Positions 45,055-55,448 of a stretch of DNA of 64,000 bases are shown piece after piece. Made by a program: the position numbers and the translations under genes. How positions within the stretch are numbered: the stretch's first letter is position 1; each line of letters begins with the position of its first letter. The stretch is from Eubacteriales bacterium (GTDB lineage Bacteria > Bacillota > Clostridia > Oscillospirales > CAG-272): assembly GCA_051867975.1 (NCBI GenBank), contig JBJDZM010000079.1, positions 44,122-108,121 on the forward strand, read 5' to 3'. The notes below the pieces were generated by a model. The model ran no database searches, had not been told where the DNA came from, and saw only the letters and a program-made list of their open reading frames with translations.

Positions 45055-45889
45055 CGGAAAGGCTATTTCAAAAGAGGTAAGGCAAGAAATTGCGGCTGAT
45101 GTCGTAAAATTCAAAGAAAAATACAACTGTGCGCCGGGACTTGCGGTCATAATCGTGGGGAGCGACCCTGCGTCGCAGGTATATGTCAGAAACAAGAAGA
45201 AGGCATGTGAGGAAGTCGGCTTTTACTCGGTGGGTTACGAATTGCCTGAGGATGCGACACAGGAAGAACTTATTTCTCTTGTTGAGCGGTTGAATGATGA
45301 TGAAAAGATACACGGAATTCTCGTTCAACTGCCATTGCCCAAGCATCTGAATGAGACAGAGGTCTTGCTGAAAATAAAACCCGAAAAGGACGTCGATGCT
45401 TTCCATCCATACAATGTGGGCAAGATAATGATAGGGAATCACGACCTTTTGCCGTGTACTCCTGCAGGTGTTATGGTATTGCTCGAAAAATCAGGCATTG
45501 AAGTGTGCGGCAAAAAATGCGTTGTCATCGGTCGCTCCAACATCGTCGGCAAGCCCATGGCGATGCTCTTGCTTCATGCAAACGGAACCGTGACTATATG
45601 CCATAGCAGAACGCAAAATCTGAAAGAGATATGCCGTGAAGCTGATATACTTGTCGCTTCTATCGGCAAACCCGAATTTGTAAGGGGCGATATGGTGAAA
45701 GAGGGGGCTGTCGTTGTCGACGTCGGAATAAACAGACTTGAGAGCGGAAAGCTCGTCGGAGACGTTTGCTTCTCAGAGGTCGAGCCTAAGGCTTCATATA
45801 TTACTCCCGTTCCCGGCGGTGTGGGTCCCATGACTATTACGATGCTGCTCAAAAACACGCTGACCGCGGCAAGCATTGCAAGGAGTTAA
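45038..45889 (+). CDS. folD: Bifunctional methylene-THF dehydrogenase / methenyl-THF cyclohydrolase
   Basis: Begins MAKIIDGKAISKEV. Contains GILVQLPLP, GRSNIVGKP and PVPGGVGPMT. ATG 45038 overlaps the lgt end by 17 nt. Confidence 0.95.
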   Translation: MAKIIDGKAISKEVRQEIAADVVKFKEKYNCAPGLAVIIVGSDPASQVYVRNKKKACEEVGFYSVGYELPEDATQEELISLVERLNDDEKIHGILVQLPLPKHLNETEVLLKIKPEKDVDAFHPYNVGKIMIGNHDLLPCTPAGVMVLLEKSGIEVCGKKCVVIGRSNIVGKPMAMLLLHANGTVTICHSRTQNLKEICREADILVASIGKPEFVRGDMVKEGAVVVDVGINRLESGKLVGDVCFSEVEPKASYITPVPGGVGPMTITMLLKNTLTAASIARS

Positions 45890-45897
45890 TTTGAACA

Positions 45898-46377
45898 ATG
45901 GCAAAAACCGAGATAACAAACATGGTAATGGTGCAGGATAAGAGCACGGGAAAAGTTTTAGTACAGGAACGTGTCAAGAATTGGTGCGGAATAGCCTTCC
46001 CGGGCGGTCACATTGAACCCGACGAAAGCATTTATGACAGCGCGGTACGCGAGATAAAAGAGGAAACGGGACTTGATATTAAAGACCTGAAGCCGTGTGG
46101 ATTTATGCATTGGTACAATAACAAAACAGAGGACAGATATTTCACGTATTTTTACAAGACACATAAATACAGCGGAGAACTTTTGGAGAGTACATGCGAA
46201 GGACGAGTCTTCTGGGCGGATATTGCCGATCTGCCGAATATGCCTCTTGCATCGAATTTTATCGTGTATTTGGAAATGTTTCTTAATGATAAGTATTCCG
46301 AGGCATACTGCTCTTGGAATGAAGATATGAAGATAGATGAGACTTCCGATAATCCGTGGGGAATTGTCTACAAATAG
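45898..46377 (+). CDS. NUDIX hydrolase
   Basis: Nudix box GGHIEPDESIYDSAVREIKEETGL. Confidence 0.85.
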   Translation: MAKTEITNMVMVQDKSTGKVLVQERVKNWCGIAFPGGHIEPDESIYDSAVREIKEETGLDIKDLKPCGFMHWYNNKTEDRYFTYFYKTHKYSGELLESTCEGRVFWADIADLPNMPLASNFIVYLEMFLNDKYSEAYCSWNEDMKIDETSDNPWGIVYK

Positions 46378-46383
46378 TTTTTT

Positions 46384-46417
46384 GAGAGACTGCATTTCGG
46401 TGCAGTCCCTCATTTTT
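46384..46417 (+). terminator. Intrinsic terminator after the NUDIX gene
   Basis: GAGAGACTGCA/TGCAGTCCCTC stem (one mismatch) followed by ATTTTT. Confidence 0.7.
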
Positions 46418-46447
46418 GTCGAAGGTGTAAATAATCCCTTATTTTAC

Positions 46448-46476
46448 TTGACAACCGCGTTAAAATAATGTATAAT
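46448..46476 (+). promoter_or_regulatory. sigma-A-type promoter of the miaB-ymcA-mutS-mutL block
   Basis: TTGACA, 17 nt, TATAAT. Confidence 0.7.
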
Positions 46477-46516
46477 TACATAATCTATAAGTATGTCGAA
46501 AAGCAAAAGGATAAAT

Positions 46517-47950
46517 ATGAAAGAATACAGAATTTTGCCCGAGAGCGAGATGCTGAGGCAAAACGAATTTATTGATAAAGTCAGGGCGTTGAGCCTTGCA
46601 AAAGCCGAGGAGCAGGGGCATCCACTACGAGCATATGTGCAGACCTTCGGTTGTCAGCAAAACGAGGCGGACAGCGAAAAGATTGCCGGAATGTGCGTTG
46701 CCATGGGCTATGAAATATGCACAGAGCCGACTTCTGCCGACCTCATAATGGTCAACACCTGCGCGATACGCGAACACGCCGAGAAGAGAGCGCTCTCGAT
46801 TATAGGTCAGTATAAGCACCTCAAAGCCTCAAAGCCCGATATGCTTATCGGTGTCTGCGGCTGCATGGTAACACAGGAACACAGAAAAGAGAGCATAAAG
46901 CACAGTTACCCATACGTCGATTTCGTACTCGGCACATCCTCGCTCCACAGGCTTCCCGAACTAATTTACACAAAGATACAAAAGGGAAAGAGACTCTATT
47001 GCCCCGAGGAAAAGGAGTATCTTGTTGCCGAGGGGTTGCCGGTGTACCGTGAATCGAGTTACCGCGCGTGGGTTTCGATAATGTACGGTTGCAACAATTT
47101 CTGCACTTATTGCATCGTGCCTTACGTACGCGGACGAGAGCGCAGCCGCCGTCCCGAGGATATAATCAAAGAGGTCAGAGAACTTGTCGAGAGCGGTTAC
47201 AAGGACATCACGCTTCTCGGTCAGAACGTCAATTCATACGGAAAAGATGCAAAGAGCGACGACGGGGAGGTCTATGATTTTGCAGACCTTCTCAGGGATA
47301 TTGACAAAATAGAGGGCGACTATTACATTCGATTTATGACGAGTCACCCGAAGGATGCGTCAAGCAAGCTTATTGACGTTATCGCTGACTCAAAGCACAT
47401 AGCGCATCAATTTCACCTGCCTATGCAATCGGGAAGTGACAAGGTACTGAAGGAAATGAACCGTCATTACGATACGGCAAAATATCTTGGCACCGTGGAA
47501 TATCTGCGCCGAAAAATTCCCGATATCACGATATCGTCCGATATCATCGTCGGATTTCCGGGAGAGACCGAAGAGGATTTTGAGTGTACGCTTGAAATGC
47601 TCAAAAAGGTGCGCTTCGACATGACGTACTCATTTATCTACTCGCCGAGAAAAGGTACTCCGGCGGCGGAAATGGAATGTCAGATTCCCGAGGACGTCAA
47701 GGGCGAGAGATTTAACCGACTCCTGACACTTCAAAATGACATCGCACTTGAAAAAAACAAGCCGATGGAAGGTAAGATAATAAAAGTGCTATGCGACGGA
47801 CCGAGCAAGAACAACGACAATGTATATTCGGGACGAAGTGAGGGAAATAAAATAGTGTTGTTTGACGGAAACGACGACGACATCGGCAAATTCGTCGAGC
47901 TGAAAATTACACGCGCCGAGACCTTTGCACTCTACGGTGAAAAAATTTGA
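46517..47950 (+). CDS. miaB: tRNA-i6A37 methylthiotransferase MiaB
   Basis: TFGCQQNEADSE, radical-SAM CNNFCTYCIVP and a TRAM C-terminus. ATG 46517 (AAAGGA RBS 5 nt upstream) is preferred over 46493, which has no RBS and lies about 10 nt from the predicted TSS. Confidence 0.92.
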   Translation: MKEYRILPESEMLRQNEFIDKVRALSLAKAEEQGHPLRAYVQTFGCQQNEADSEKIAGMCVAMGYEICTEPTSADLIMVNTCAIREHAEKRALSIIGQYKHLKASKPDMLIGVCGCMVTQEHRKESIKHSYPYVDFVLGTSSLHRLPELIYTKIQKGKRLYCPEEKEYLVAEGLPVYRESSYRAWVSIMYGCNNFCTYCIVPYVRGRERSRRPEDIIKEVRELVESGYKDITLLGQNVNSYGKDAKSDDGEVYDFADLLRDIDKIEGDYYIRFMTSHPKDASSKLIDVIADSKHIAHQFHLPMQSGSDKVLKEMNRHYDTAKYLGTVEYLRRKIPDITISSDIIVGFPGETEEDFECTLEMLKKVRFDMTYSFIYSPRKGTPAAEMECQIPEDVKGERFNRLLTLQNDIALEKNKPMEGKIIKVLCDGPSKNNDNVYSGRSEGNKIVLFDGNDDDIGKFVELKITRAETFALYGEKI

Positions 47951-47974
47951 TAATTACAGAAAAGGGAAAACAAA

Positions 47975-48355
47975 ATGAGCATATATGAACTTGCTGCCGA
48001 GCTTGGAAAGGCTATCGGTCAGGACGAAAGAATGATAAGAATGGAAAAGGCAAAGGAAGCCTATGAGTCAAGCGAGAAAATCGGAAATCTTATGATGGAG
48101 TACGGTATACAGCAGCAGGCTCTCACAACTATGGGAGACGGCGAGCAGATCGACACCGATGCGCTCACGAGAATTCAGGACAGAATCGACGAGATATACG
48201 CTGAAATCACGGCAGACCCGATATTCAAAGAGCTTGATGAGGCACAGAACGCAGTTAACGCGCTTATGGAAACGGTCAATAATACGATAATGTTCAACGC
48301 CACGGGAAAGACGCCCTGCACACACGACTGCTCGTCGTGCAGCGGTTGCCATTGA
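47975..48355 (+). CDS. YmcA/YlbF-family protein (RicA-like) with Cys-rich C-terminal tail
   Basis: 126-aa helical protein in the position of B. subtilis ymcA (miaB/ymcB-ymcA-...-mutS-mutL). Ends in CTHDCSSCSGCH. Confidence 0.65.
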   Translation: MSIYELAAELGKAIGQDERMIRMEKAKEAYESSEKIGNLMMEYGIQQQALTTMGDGEQIDTDALTRIQDRIDEIYAEITADPIFKELDEAQNAVNALMETVNNTIMFNATGKTPCTHDCSSCSGCH

Positions 48356-48392
48356 TTCAATCACTAAATTACAAAAAGCGAGGTCAAGACTT

Positions 48393-50987
48393 ATGACTCC
48401 GATGATGGAGCAATATTTCGAGATAAAAAAGCAATACAAGGACTATCTTCTTTTTTACCGTCTCGGTGACTTTTACGAGATGTTTTTTGACGATGCCATC
48501 ATAGCCTCGCGCGCGCTTGAATTGACTCTGACAGGACGTGATTGCGGTGAAAAGGAGAGAGCGCCTATGTGCGGAGTTCCGTTTCATTCGGTCGATACCT
48601 ACATCGGCAGACTTATTGAACAGGGCTACAAGATAGCAATCTGTGAGCAGATGGAAAATCCCGCAGAAGCGAAGGGAATAGTCAAGCGCGATGTTATTAG
48701 AGTCATTACGCCGGGAACGCTTATCGAATCCGACCTTTTGTCGGATAAGAAAAACAACTATCTCTGCTCGCTCTACCTCGGAGAATTTGAATACGGAGTT
48801 TGCTTCTGCGATATTTCAACCGCCGAGATATACGCTACCTCTTTTTCGGGCGATGAAATGGACTCAAAGCTTCAAAATGAGCTTGGGACCTATTCTCCGG
48901 TTGAGGTCGTTACAAACCTGAATAGTGCGAAGTTTGCGGATGTGGCGAAATTTATCGAGGGCAGACTCGGGGCGATGCTTAATGACAGTCAGTATAAGAG
49001 ATTTGAATATGACTCTTGTCTTGAAAGAGTAAAAAATCAGTTTGCGGATACGCTTCGTGAGGACGATACGGCGGATAAGGCTATCGTCTGCGCGGTCGGT
49101 GCTATGCTTGATTATATTCGCGACACCCAGAAAAAGGACATCTCGTATATAAATAAGCTGAGCCTTTACTCAAACGGTCAGTATCTTGAGCTTGATGTCA
49201 ATACAAGAAGAAATCTTGAGCTTACCGAATCGCTCAGAACAAAAGAGAAAAAAGGCACTTTGCTTTGGGTGCTTGATAAGACTCGTTCGTCTATCGGCGC
49301 GCGGCTTTTGCGCAAATGGATAGAGCACCCGCTTATAAACGTCTCTCAGATAGTCCGCAGACAGAACGCCATTGAAGAGCTTTATAACAATTTCATGCTC
49401 CGCGAGCAGATATCCGAGCTTCTTGATGAGGTGCTTGACCTCGAACGTCTTATGACGAAGATAGTTTACGGAACGGCAAATGCGAGAGATCTCTGCGCCG
49501 TTGCAGACAGTACCCGTATCCTCCCCGAGCTTAAAAAGCTCATAGGAGAATGTAATTCAAATGAACTGCAAAGCATACATGCAGAGCTCGATACTCTGGA
49601 AGACGTCTGCTCTCTCATAGACCGTTCGATCTCAAAGGATGCGCCCATGACCGTTCGAGAGGGCGGAATGATTCTCGACGGATATAATGAGCAGGTCGAC
49701 GAATACAGAAAGATAATCGACCATGGGGATGAGTGGCGCGAGCAGATTGCTCAAAACGAGAGAGAAGCCACCGGAATCAAGATGCTCAAGGTCGGTTACA
49801 ACCGTGTTTTCGGCTTTTACATAGAGGTAACGAAATCGCAGATATCTTTAGTGCCGGACAGATACATAAGAAAACAGACACTGTCAAATTGCGAGAGATA
49901 TATCACGGAAGAACTCAAAGAAATGGAAGCCAAGGTGCTTGGTGCATCGGACAAGCTTTGTCAGCTTGAATATGACCTTTTCTGCGAGATACGCACGATA
50001 GTTGCCGAAAACAGTACGAGAATTCAGAAGGCTGCCGCACTCGTAGCAGAGATAGACGCTTATTACAGTCTTTCCACCGTTGCGGCGAAGAACAGATATG
50101 TCAGGCCCGAGGTCAATTCGACCGATGAACTGATCATCAAGGACGGTCGTCACCCCGTTGTCGAGCAGTTTGTCAAGGACAGTTATTTTGTACCAAACGA
50201 TACCTGTCTCAATCTTAAAACCGACCGATTGCTTTTGATAACAGGTCCCAATATGGCAGGAAAATCGACGTACATGCGTCAGGTCGCGCTCATAACGCTT
50301 ATGGCGCAGATTGGTTCGTTCGTTCCTGCCGCGGAAGCGACTGTCGGAATAGTTGATAAGATGTTTACACGTGTCGGAGCATCCGATGACCTCGCCTCGG
50401 GACAGTCTACGTTTATGCTTGAGATGAACGAGGTAGCGTATATTCTCCGCAACGCAACGAGAAAGAGCCTTATCATTTATGACGAGGTCGGACGCGGAAC
50501 ATCAACCTTCGACGGAATGAGTATTGCGCGCGCAATCGTTGAATATACCGCAGGCAGAAAGATAGGAGCAAAGACACTGTTTGCAACTCACTACCACGAG
50601 CTTACAAGCATGGAAAATGAGTTTGAGGGTATCGTCAACTACAATATTGCCGCCAAAAAGCGCGGAGATAACATCACGTTCCTTCGAAAAATTGTGAGAG
50701 GCTCGACAGATGACAGCTACGGAATTGAGGTCGCAAAGCTTGCGGGACTCCCGAATGAGGTCATAAAGAGAGCGAAAGAGGTTCTTGCATCCGTTGAAGA
50801 GAGCGCGAAAAACATCAAGCTCACCGACAGAGAAGAAAAGACGCATGAAAAGGACGAAAGCCTTATCAGCTTTGACGATCTTGTCAATGAGCAGGTAATA
50901 GAAGAGATAAAGAACACAGATATCAATACGCTATCACCTTACGAGTGTATGACGATGGTGTTCAATTGGAAAAAGAGACTTGGATGA
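48393..50987 (+). CDS. mutS: DNA mismatch repair protein MutS
   Basis: Begins MTPMMEQYFEIK. Contains GDFYE, Walker A GPNMAGKST and DEVGRGTST. Confidence 0.97.
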   Translation: MTPMMEQYFEIKKQYKDYLLFYRLGDFYEMFFDDAIIASRALELTLTGRDCGEKERAPMCGVPFHSVDTYIGRLIEQGYKIAICEQMENPAEAKGIVKRDVIRVITPGTLIESDLLSDKKNNYLCSLYLGEFEYGVCFCDISTAEIYATSFSGDEMDSKLQNELGTYSPVEVVTNLNSAKFADVAKFIEGRLGAMLNDSQYKRFEYDSCLERVKNQFADTLREDDTADKAIVCAVGAMLDYIRDTQKKDISYINKLSLYSNGQYLELDVNTRRNLELTESLRTKEKKGTLLWVLDKTRSSIGARLLRKWIEHPLINVSQIVRRQNAIEELYNNFMLREQISELLDEVLDLERLMTKIVYGTANARDLCAVADSTRILPELKKLIGECNSNELQSIHAELDTLEDVCSLIDRSISKDAPMTVREGGMILDGYNEQVDEYRKIIDHGDEWREQIAQNEREATGIKMLKVGYNRVFGFYIEVTKSQISLVPDRYIRKQTLSNCERYITEELKEMEAKVLGASDKLCQLEYDLFCEIRTIVAENSTRIQKAAALVAEIDAYYSLSTVAAKNRYVRPEVNSTDELIIKDGRHPVVEQFVKDSYFVPNDTCLNLKTDRLLLITGPNMAGKSTYMRQVALITLMAQIGSFVPAAEATVGIVDKMFTRVGASDDLASGQSTFMLEMNEVAYILRNATRKSLIIYDEVGRGTSTFDGMSIARAIVEYTAGRKIGAKTLFATHYHELTSMENEFEGIVNYNIAAKKRGDNITFLRKIVRGSTDDSYGIEVAKLAGLPNEVIKRAKEVLASVEESAKNIKLTDREEKTHEKDESLISFDDLVNEQVIEEIKNTDINTLSPYECMTMVFNWKKRLG

Positions 50988-51005
50988 TAAAAGGAGAATG
51001 ATACC

Positions 51006-53132
51006 GTGTCAAAGATAAATCTTCTTTCCTTTGAGGTGGCAAACCTCATTGCCGCGGGGGAGGTCGTTGACAGACCTGCCTCGGCAATCAAGGAAATGAT
51101 CGAAAATTCAATAGATGCGGGAGCGCGGCATATCACCGTCGAGATACAGAACGGCGGAATTACCTTCATGCGCATCTCCGACGACGGATGCGGAATGGAG
51201 CCTGATGACCTTCCTTTGTCGGTCAAACGCCATGCGACAAGTAAGATAAGAAGTGCGGAAGACCTTGACGGCATATGTACGCTCGGATTCAGGGGCGAGG
51301 CTTTAGCCGCAATTTCAGCAGTTGCAGATGTCAGAATAATCTCAAAAACGCACGATGCCGCAATCGGAGCCGAATTTGAGATACATTACGGTGAGCCTAT
51401 GGGCGTTGTCGAGCGAGGATGCTCAAACGGAACCACAATTATCGTTGAAAATCTTTTTGCAAACGTCCCTGCAAGGCGTAAGTTTTTGAAAAAAGACGTG
51501 ACAGAGACCACTGCAGTATGCGCGAATGTTGAAAGGGTAGCACTGTCTCACCCTGAGATAGCGTTCAGACTTATCTGTGACGGTCAAGTCAAGCTCGAAA
51601 CCGCAGGCGACGGAAAACTGATGAGCGCGATATATGCGGTATTCGGCAGAGATTTTGCTAACCGTCTTATCGAGGTCAACGGAGAATATGACGGAATCAC
51701 GGTAAGCGGATATATCGGCAGGTCAGACAATGTCAAAGGAAATCGAAACTACGAGATATTTTATATAAACAGGCGTTATATAAAGAGCAGAACTGCCGGG
51801 GCAGCAATAGAGCAGGCATACACGTCGTATATGCCGAGCGAGAAATTCCCCGTATGCGTGCTGTCTTTGTCACTTAACCCGAGCAGAGTCGATGTCAATG
51901 TGCATCCTGCCAAGCTTGAGGTCAAGTTTTCAAATGAAAAGCCTGTATTTGAGGCGATATATTACAGCGTAAGGCAGGCTCTTGAAGATAATACCTCGCG
52001 TCCTGAAATAGTCGTGCAGAAAAATTCGGGTGTTCGTATGTCCGATGCTTTCGTGCCGGTTGAAAGAGAGCAATCTCTCAAGTCGCGTCAAATCAAGATC
52101 GATACGGTCACGGAGAATGAAAAGACCGTGACAAAGCCGCAGAATATTCCGTATACGTCTCCCATTGAAGAAAGAAAATTTTACGAAGAGAGAAAGGAAG
52201 ACAAAAATAACGCAACAGAAGAGAACGCAACTCAAAAGAAATTCAAACTTCCTTCCTCGGCAGAGTATATAAGAAATTACATGCTGACGACAGATGAGGA
52301 GCGTGAGAAATTCGACAGAGAGATGAAAGAGCCGCTCGACATTGAAGAAATGCGGAAAAAACCTGCTTTTGTCGAGTTTGAGAAAATGATTGAGAGAAGA
52401 AATCCGATAAATACGGTTAATTCTCAGCCGAACGTCAAGGCTTCTTCGCAAACTGCACTTACAGGTAACAAAACCGATGTGTTCACACGCGATAACATAA
52501 AACAATATGAAAAGCCGGCAGGAATTCCTCAAAAAGTGAATATTCAGACCGAGGCGCAATACAGAATAATCGGTGAAGCCTTTAATTCGTACATAATCGC
52601 AGAGGTTGGAGAGAAACTGCTTCTTATTGATAAGCACGCAGCGCATGAACGGATAATATTCGAGCAATTAAAGGCGAATATGTATTCTGCCGATGTCCCA
52701 TCCCAGCTTTTGATGCTGCCGATTGAGGTGATGCTTATGAGCGACGAGGTTTCTGCCATTGAGGAATACCGGCGTGAGATCGAGTCCGTGGGATTTGATT
52801 TCACAACCTCAAGAAATTCGGTTTTGGTAAATTCCTTGCCGATGGGAATAGAGCAAGATGCTGTTTCGGATATGTTTACGGTGATGGCGGACAGAATAAA
52901 GAACGGTACCGGAAGTGTGGACATCACGAGAAATATCGTGTTTGAAAAAGCGCTTTATCAGGCATCGTGCAAGGCGGCGATCAAGGCAGGCAGGGAATAT
53001 CCCGATGAGAATCAAAAATGGATAGTCGATAAGCTCATGCAAATTCCGGACATAACCTTCTGTCCGCACGGACGTCCCGTAGCAATGGAGCTGACAAAGA
53101 AAAATATCGACAGACAATTTGAAAGAACTTAA
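51006..53132 (+). CDS. mutL: DNA mismatch repair protein MutL
   Basis: GHKL ATPase N-domain (IAAGEVVDRPASAIKEMIENSIDAG). The C-terminal endonuclease motif context is FCPHGRP. GTG start with an AAAGGAGAA RBS. Confidence 0.95.
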   Translation: MSKINLLSFEVANLIAAGEVVDRPASAIKEMIENSIDAGARHITVEIQNGGITFMRISDDGCGMEPDDLPLSVKRHATSKIRSAEDLDGICTLGFRGEALAAISAVADVRIISKTHDAAIGAEFEIHYGEPMGVVERGCSNGTTIIVENLFANVPARRKFLKKDVTETTAVCANVERVALSHPEIAFRLICDGQVKLETAGDGKLMSAIYAVFGRDFANRLIEVNGEYDGITVSGYIGRSDNVKGNRNYEIFYINRRYIKSRTAGAAIEQAYTSYMPSEKFPVCVLSLSLNPSRVDVNVHPAKLEVKFSNEKPVFEAIYYSVRQALEDNTSRPEIVVQKNSGVRMSDAFVPVEREQSLKSRQIKIDTVTENEKTVTKPQNIPYTSPIEERKFYEERKEDKNNATEENATQKKFKLPSSAEYIRNYMLTTDEEREKFDREMKEPLDIEEMRKKPAFVEFEKMIERRNPINTVNSQPNVKASSQTALTGNKTDVFTRDNIKQYEKPAGIPQKVNIQTEAQYRIIGEAFNSYIIAEVGEKLLLIDKHAAHERIIFEQLKANMYSADVPSQLLMLPIEVMLMSDEVSAIEEYRREIESVGFDFTTSRNSVLVNSLPMGIEQDAVSDMFTVMADRIKNGTGSVDITRNIVFEKALYQASCKAAIKAGREYPDENQKWIVDKLMQIPDITFCPHGRPVAMELTKKNIDRQFERT

Positions 53133-53182
53133 ATAAAACCGCGGCATATTGTTCTATGCAGAGCGGATAAAGGAGCAAAGTT

Positions 53183-54319
53183 ATGTTTGAACTTTTAGCA
53201 CAGGATGGAAGAGCGCGAAGAGGTGTTCTCCATACCGTACACGGAGATATACAGACTCCCGTGTTTATGAATGTCGGCACGTGTGCCGCGATAAAGGGAG
53301 GCGTATCTACGGTCGAACTCAATGATATCGACTGTCAGGTCGAGCTTTCCAACACATATCACCTTCACATCCGTCCGGGTGACAGACTTATTTATGAAAT
53401 GGGCGGACTTCACAAATTCATGAATTGGCAAAAGCCGATATTGACCGATTCGGGCGGATTTCAGGTATTTTCGCTCGCTCAGCTTCGTAAGATAACCGAG
53501 GAGGGTGTAAGATTTCAGTCTCACGTCGACGGAAAAAAGATTTTCATGGGTCCCGAGGAAAGCATGCAAATACAGTCAAACCTCGCATCGACCATTGCAA
53601 TGGCATTTGACGAGTGCATCGAAAACCCCGCACCGTATAAGTATGTCAAAGATTCCATAGACAGGACGGCGCGTTGGCTTCAAAGATGCCGCACGGAGAT
53701 GGACAGACTAAATTCGCTGCCTGAAACAATAAATAAAAACCAGATGCTTTTCGGTATCAATCAGGGCGGAACGTATGAGGACCTTCGAATAGAGCACATG
53801 CAGAGAATATCCGAGATAAACTGCGAAGGATATGCCATAGGCGGTCTTGCGGTCGGTGAGGAAACCGAGGAGATGTATCGCATAATCGATGCGGTTGAGC
53901 CGTTTATGCCGAAAAACAAGCCGAGGTATCTCATGGGTGTCGGAACGCCATGCAACATTCTTGAGGCGGTTCATCTCGGCGTGGATTTCTTCGACTGCGT
54001 AATGCCTTCGAGAAATGCGCGTCACGGAAACCTTTTCACATGGGAGGGAAAAATGAATATCTGTAATGAAAAATATGCGAAGGACCCGAGACCTATCTCA
54101 ATGTCGTGCGACTGTCCCGCTTGTCGAAATTACAGCCGTTCCTATATAAGACACCTTATAAAGGCTAAGGAATCGCTCGGAATGAGACTTGCGGTCGTTC
54201 ACAACCTTTATTTCTACAACAATCTGACAAGAAAAATAAGAGAAGCCCTCGACGGTGGATATTTTGAGAGCTTTTATCAGAAGTATCATATCGCTCTCGG
54301 AGAAAGAAATCCCGACTGA
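53183..54319 (+). CDS. tgt: Queuine tRNA-ribosyltransferase
   Basis: TPVFMNVGT and DSGGFQV are present. The zinc site is CDCPACRNYSRSYIRHL. Confidence 0.95.
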   Translation: MFELLAQDGRARRGVLHTVHGDIQTPVFMNVGTCAAIKGGVSTVELNDIDCQVELSNTYHLHIRPGDRLIYEMGGLHKFMNWQKPILTDSGGFQVFSLAQLRKITEEGVRFQSHVDGKKIFMGPEESMQIQSNLASTIAMAFDECIENPAPYKYVKDSIDRTARWLQRCRTEMDRLNSLPETINKNQMLFGINQGGTYEDLRIEHMQRISEINCEGYAIGGLAVGEETEEMYRIIDAVEPFMPKNKPRYLMGVGTPCNILEAVHLGVDFFDCVMPSRNARHGNLFTWEGKMNICNEKYAKDPRPISMSCDCPACRNYSRSYIRHLIKAKESLGMRLAVVHNLYFYNNLTRKIREALDGGYFESFYQKYHIALGERNPD

Positions 54320-54337
54320 CAGGTGACAAATAACAAT

Positions 54338-55006
54338 ATGATAAAGTACGTTATATTTGATATGGACGGGACTCTTCTCGATACCGAGCCGTTTTATGAG
54401 CAGTCGTGGAACGAGACGGGCAAAAAGTGGGGCGTGGATGTTCGTGATATGTATGCCGCATATGTATGCGGAAGACCGCTTGAGAGCATCAAGATCATCC
54501 TGAAAGAAAGATTCGGGGAAAATTTTGATTCCGAAGGCTTTATGTCCGAAAGAATGACACTCTACGCGTGTCTTGCCGAAAAAAACATGAAACTCAAAGC
54601 AGGGTGTACCGAGGTCCTTGATTTTCTCAGGGAACACGGTATTCCTTGTGCCGTTGCAACATCGACCGTATCTGACCTGACCTATTCTAATTTAGATAGA
54701 ATGAATATACGTCAATTTTTCGACGCTGTCGTGACAGGTGACATGGTTGAACACGGAAAACCGTCACCGGACATCTTTACGGAAGCGGGAAGACGAATAG
54801 GTGCTGAAGCCGACGAATGCATTGTATGTGAGGATTCATACAGCGGCATTGAGGCGGCTTCTAACGCGAAAATGAAACCGGTCTTTATACCGGACAGACA
54901 ACCGCCTACGGAGGAAACAAACAGGTTGGCATATGCTACGGTTGGCAGTCTGTTTGATGTTATAGAACTTATTAAAAAAGAAAATAAAAATAATTTTGGA
55001 GGTTAA
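54338..55006 (+). CDS. HAD-superfamily hydrolase (beta-phosphoglucomutase-like subfamily IA)
   Basis: Motif I is FDMDGTLLDTE. The downstream S/T and K...EDS motifs are present. Confidence 0.85.
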   Translation: MIKYVIFDMDGTLLDTEPFYEQSWNETGKKWGVDVRDMYAAYVCGRPLESIKIILKERFGENFDSEGFMSERMTLYACLAEKNMKLKAGCTEVLDFLREHGIPCAVATSTVSDLTYSNLDRMNIRQFFDAVVTGDMVEHGKPSPDIFTEAGRRIGAEADECIVCEDSYSGIEAASNAKMKPVFIPDRQPPTEETNRLAYATVGSLFDVIELIKKENKNNFGG

Positions 55007-55007
55007 C

Positions 55008-55415
55008 ATGGCAAACAACAAAAAGGGTATCGCCGGAATGGTGATAGGAATTACAACCGGTGCATTGGCGGCTGCTTCAGCATGCCTTGCTACAATCAAA
55101 ATCGTACAGGAGATAAAAAAAGATAATCAAGAAACGACGATGGTATCTCCCAACGATAAGAATTTTGTCACTGTAAGATGCGGTTCATCCCACTTTGCAA
55201 ACGGACTTACTCTCATCCATGTAAAGGCAGAGAACGAGAACGATAATTGTGAACTCAGCTTCCTTGCGGGAAAGAGCGCAAATAGCATTTCCTTCAATTG
55301 GGAAGATGACGATCATTTCTCTCTTTACATCGGAGACGGCAAGACGAAAAAATGCTGTGATGTTTCGTTCGAGGGCGAAGAAATTAACATGGAATACTAT
55401 TTGAAAAAAGACTGA
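55008..55415 (+). CDS. Small membrane-anchored protein of unknown function (135 aa)
   Basis: ATG 55008 lies 5 nt after a GGAGG RBS. A single N-terminal TM segment (IAGMVIGITTGALAAASACLATI) is followed by a ~100-aa soluble domain. The gene is 33 nt upstream of tldD. Confidence 0.5.
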   Translation: MANNKKGIAGMVIGITTGALAAASACLATIKIVQEIKKDNQETTMVSPNDKNFVTVRCGSSHFANGLTLIHVKAENENDNCELSFLAGKSANSISFNWEDDDHFSLYIGDGKTKKCCDVSFEGEEINMEYYLKKD

Positions 55416-55448
55416 TAAAGGCTTATTATACAAAAATAGGGGGACAAA

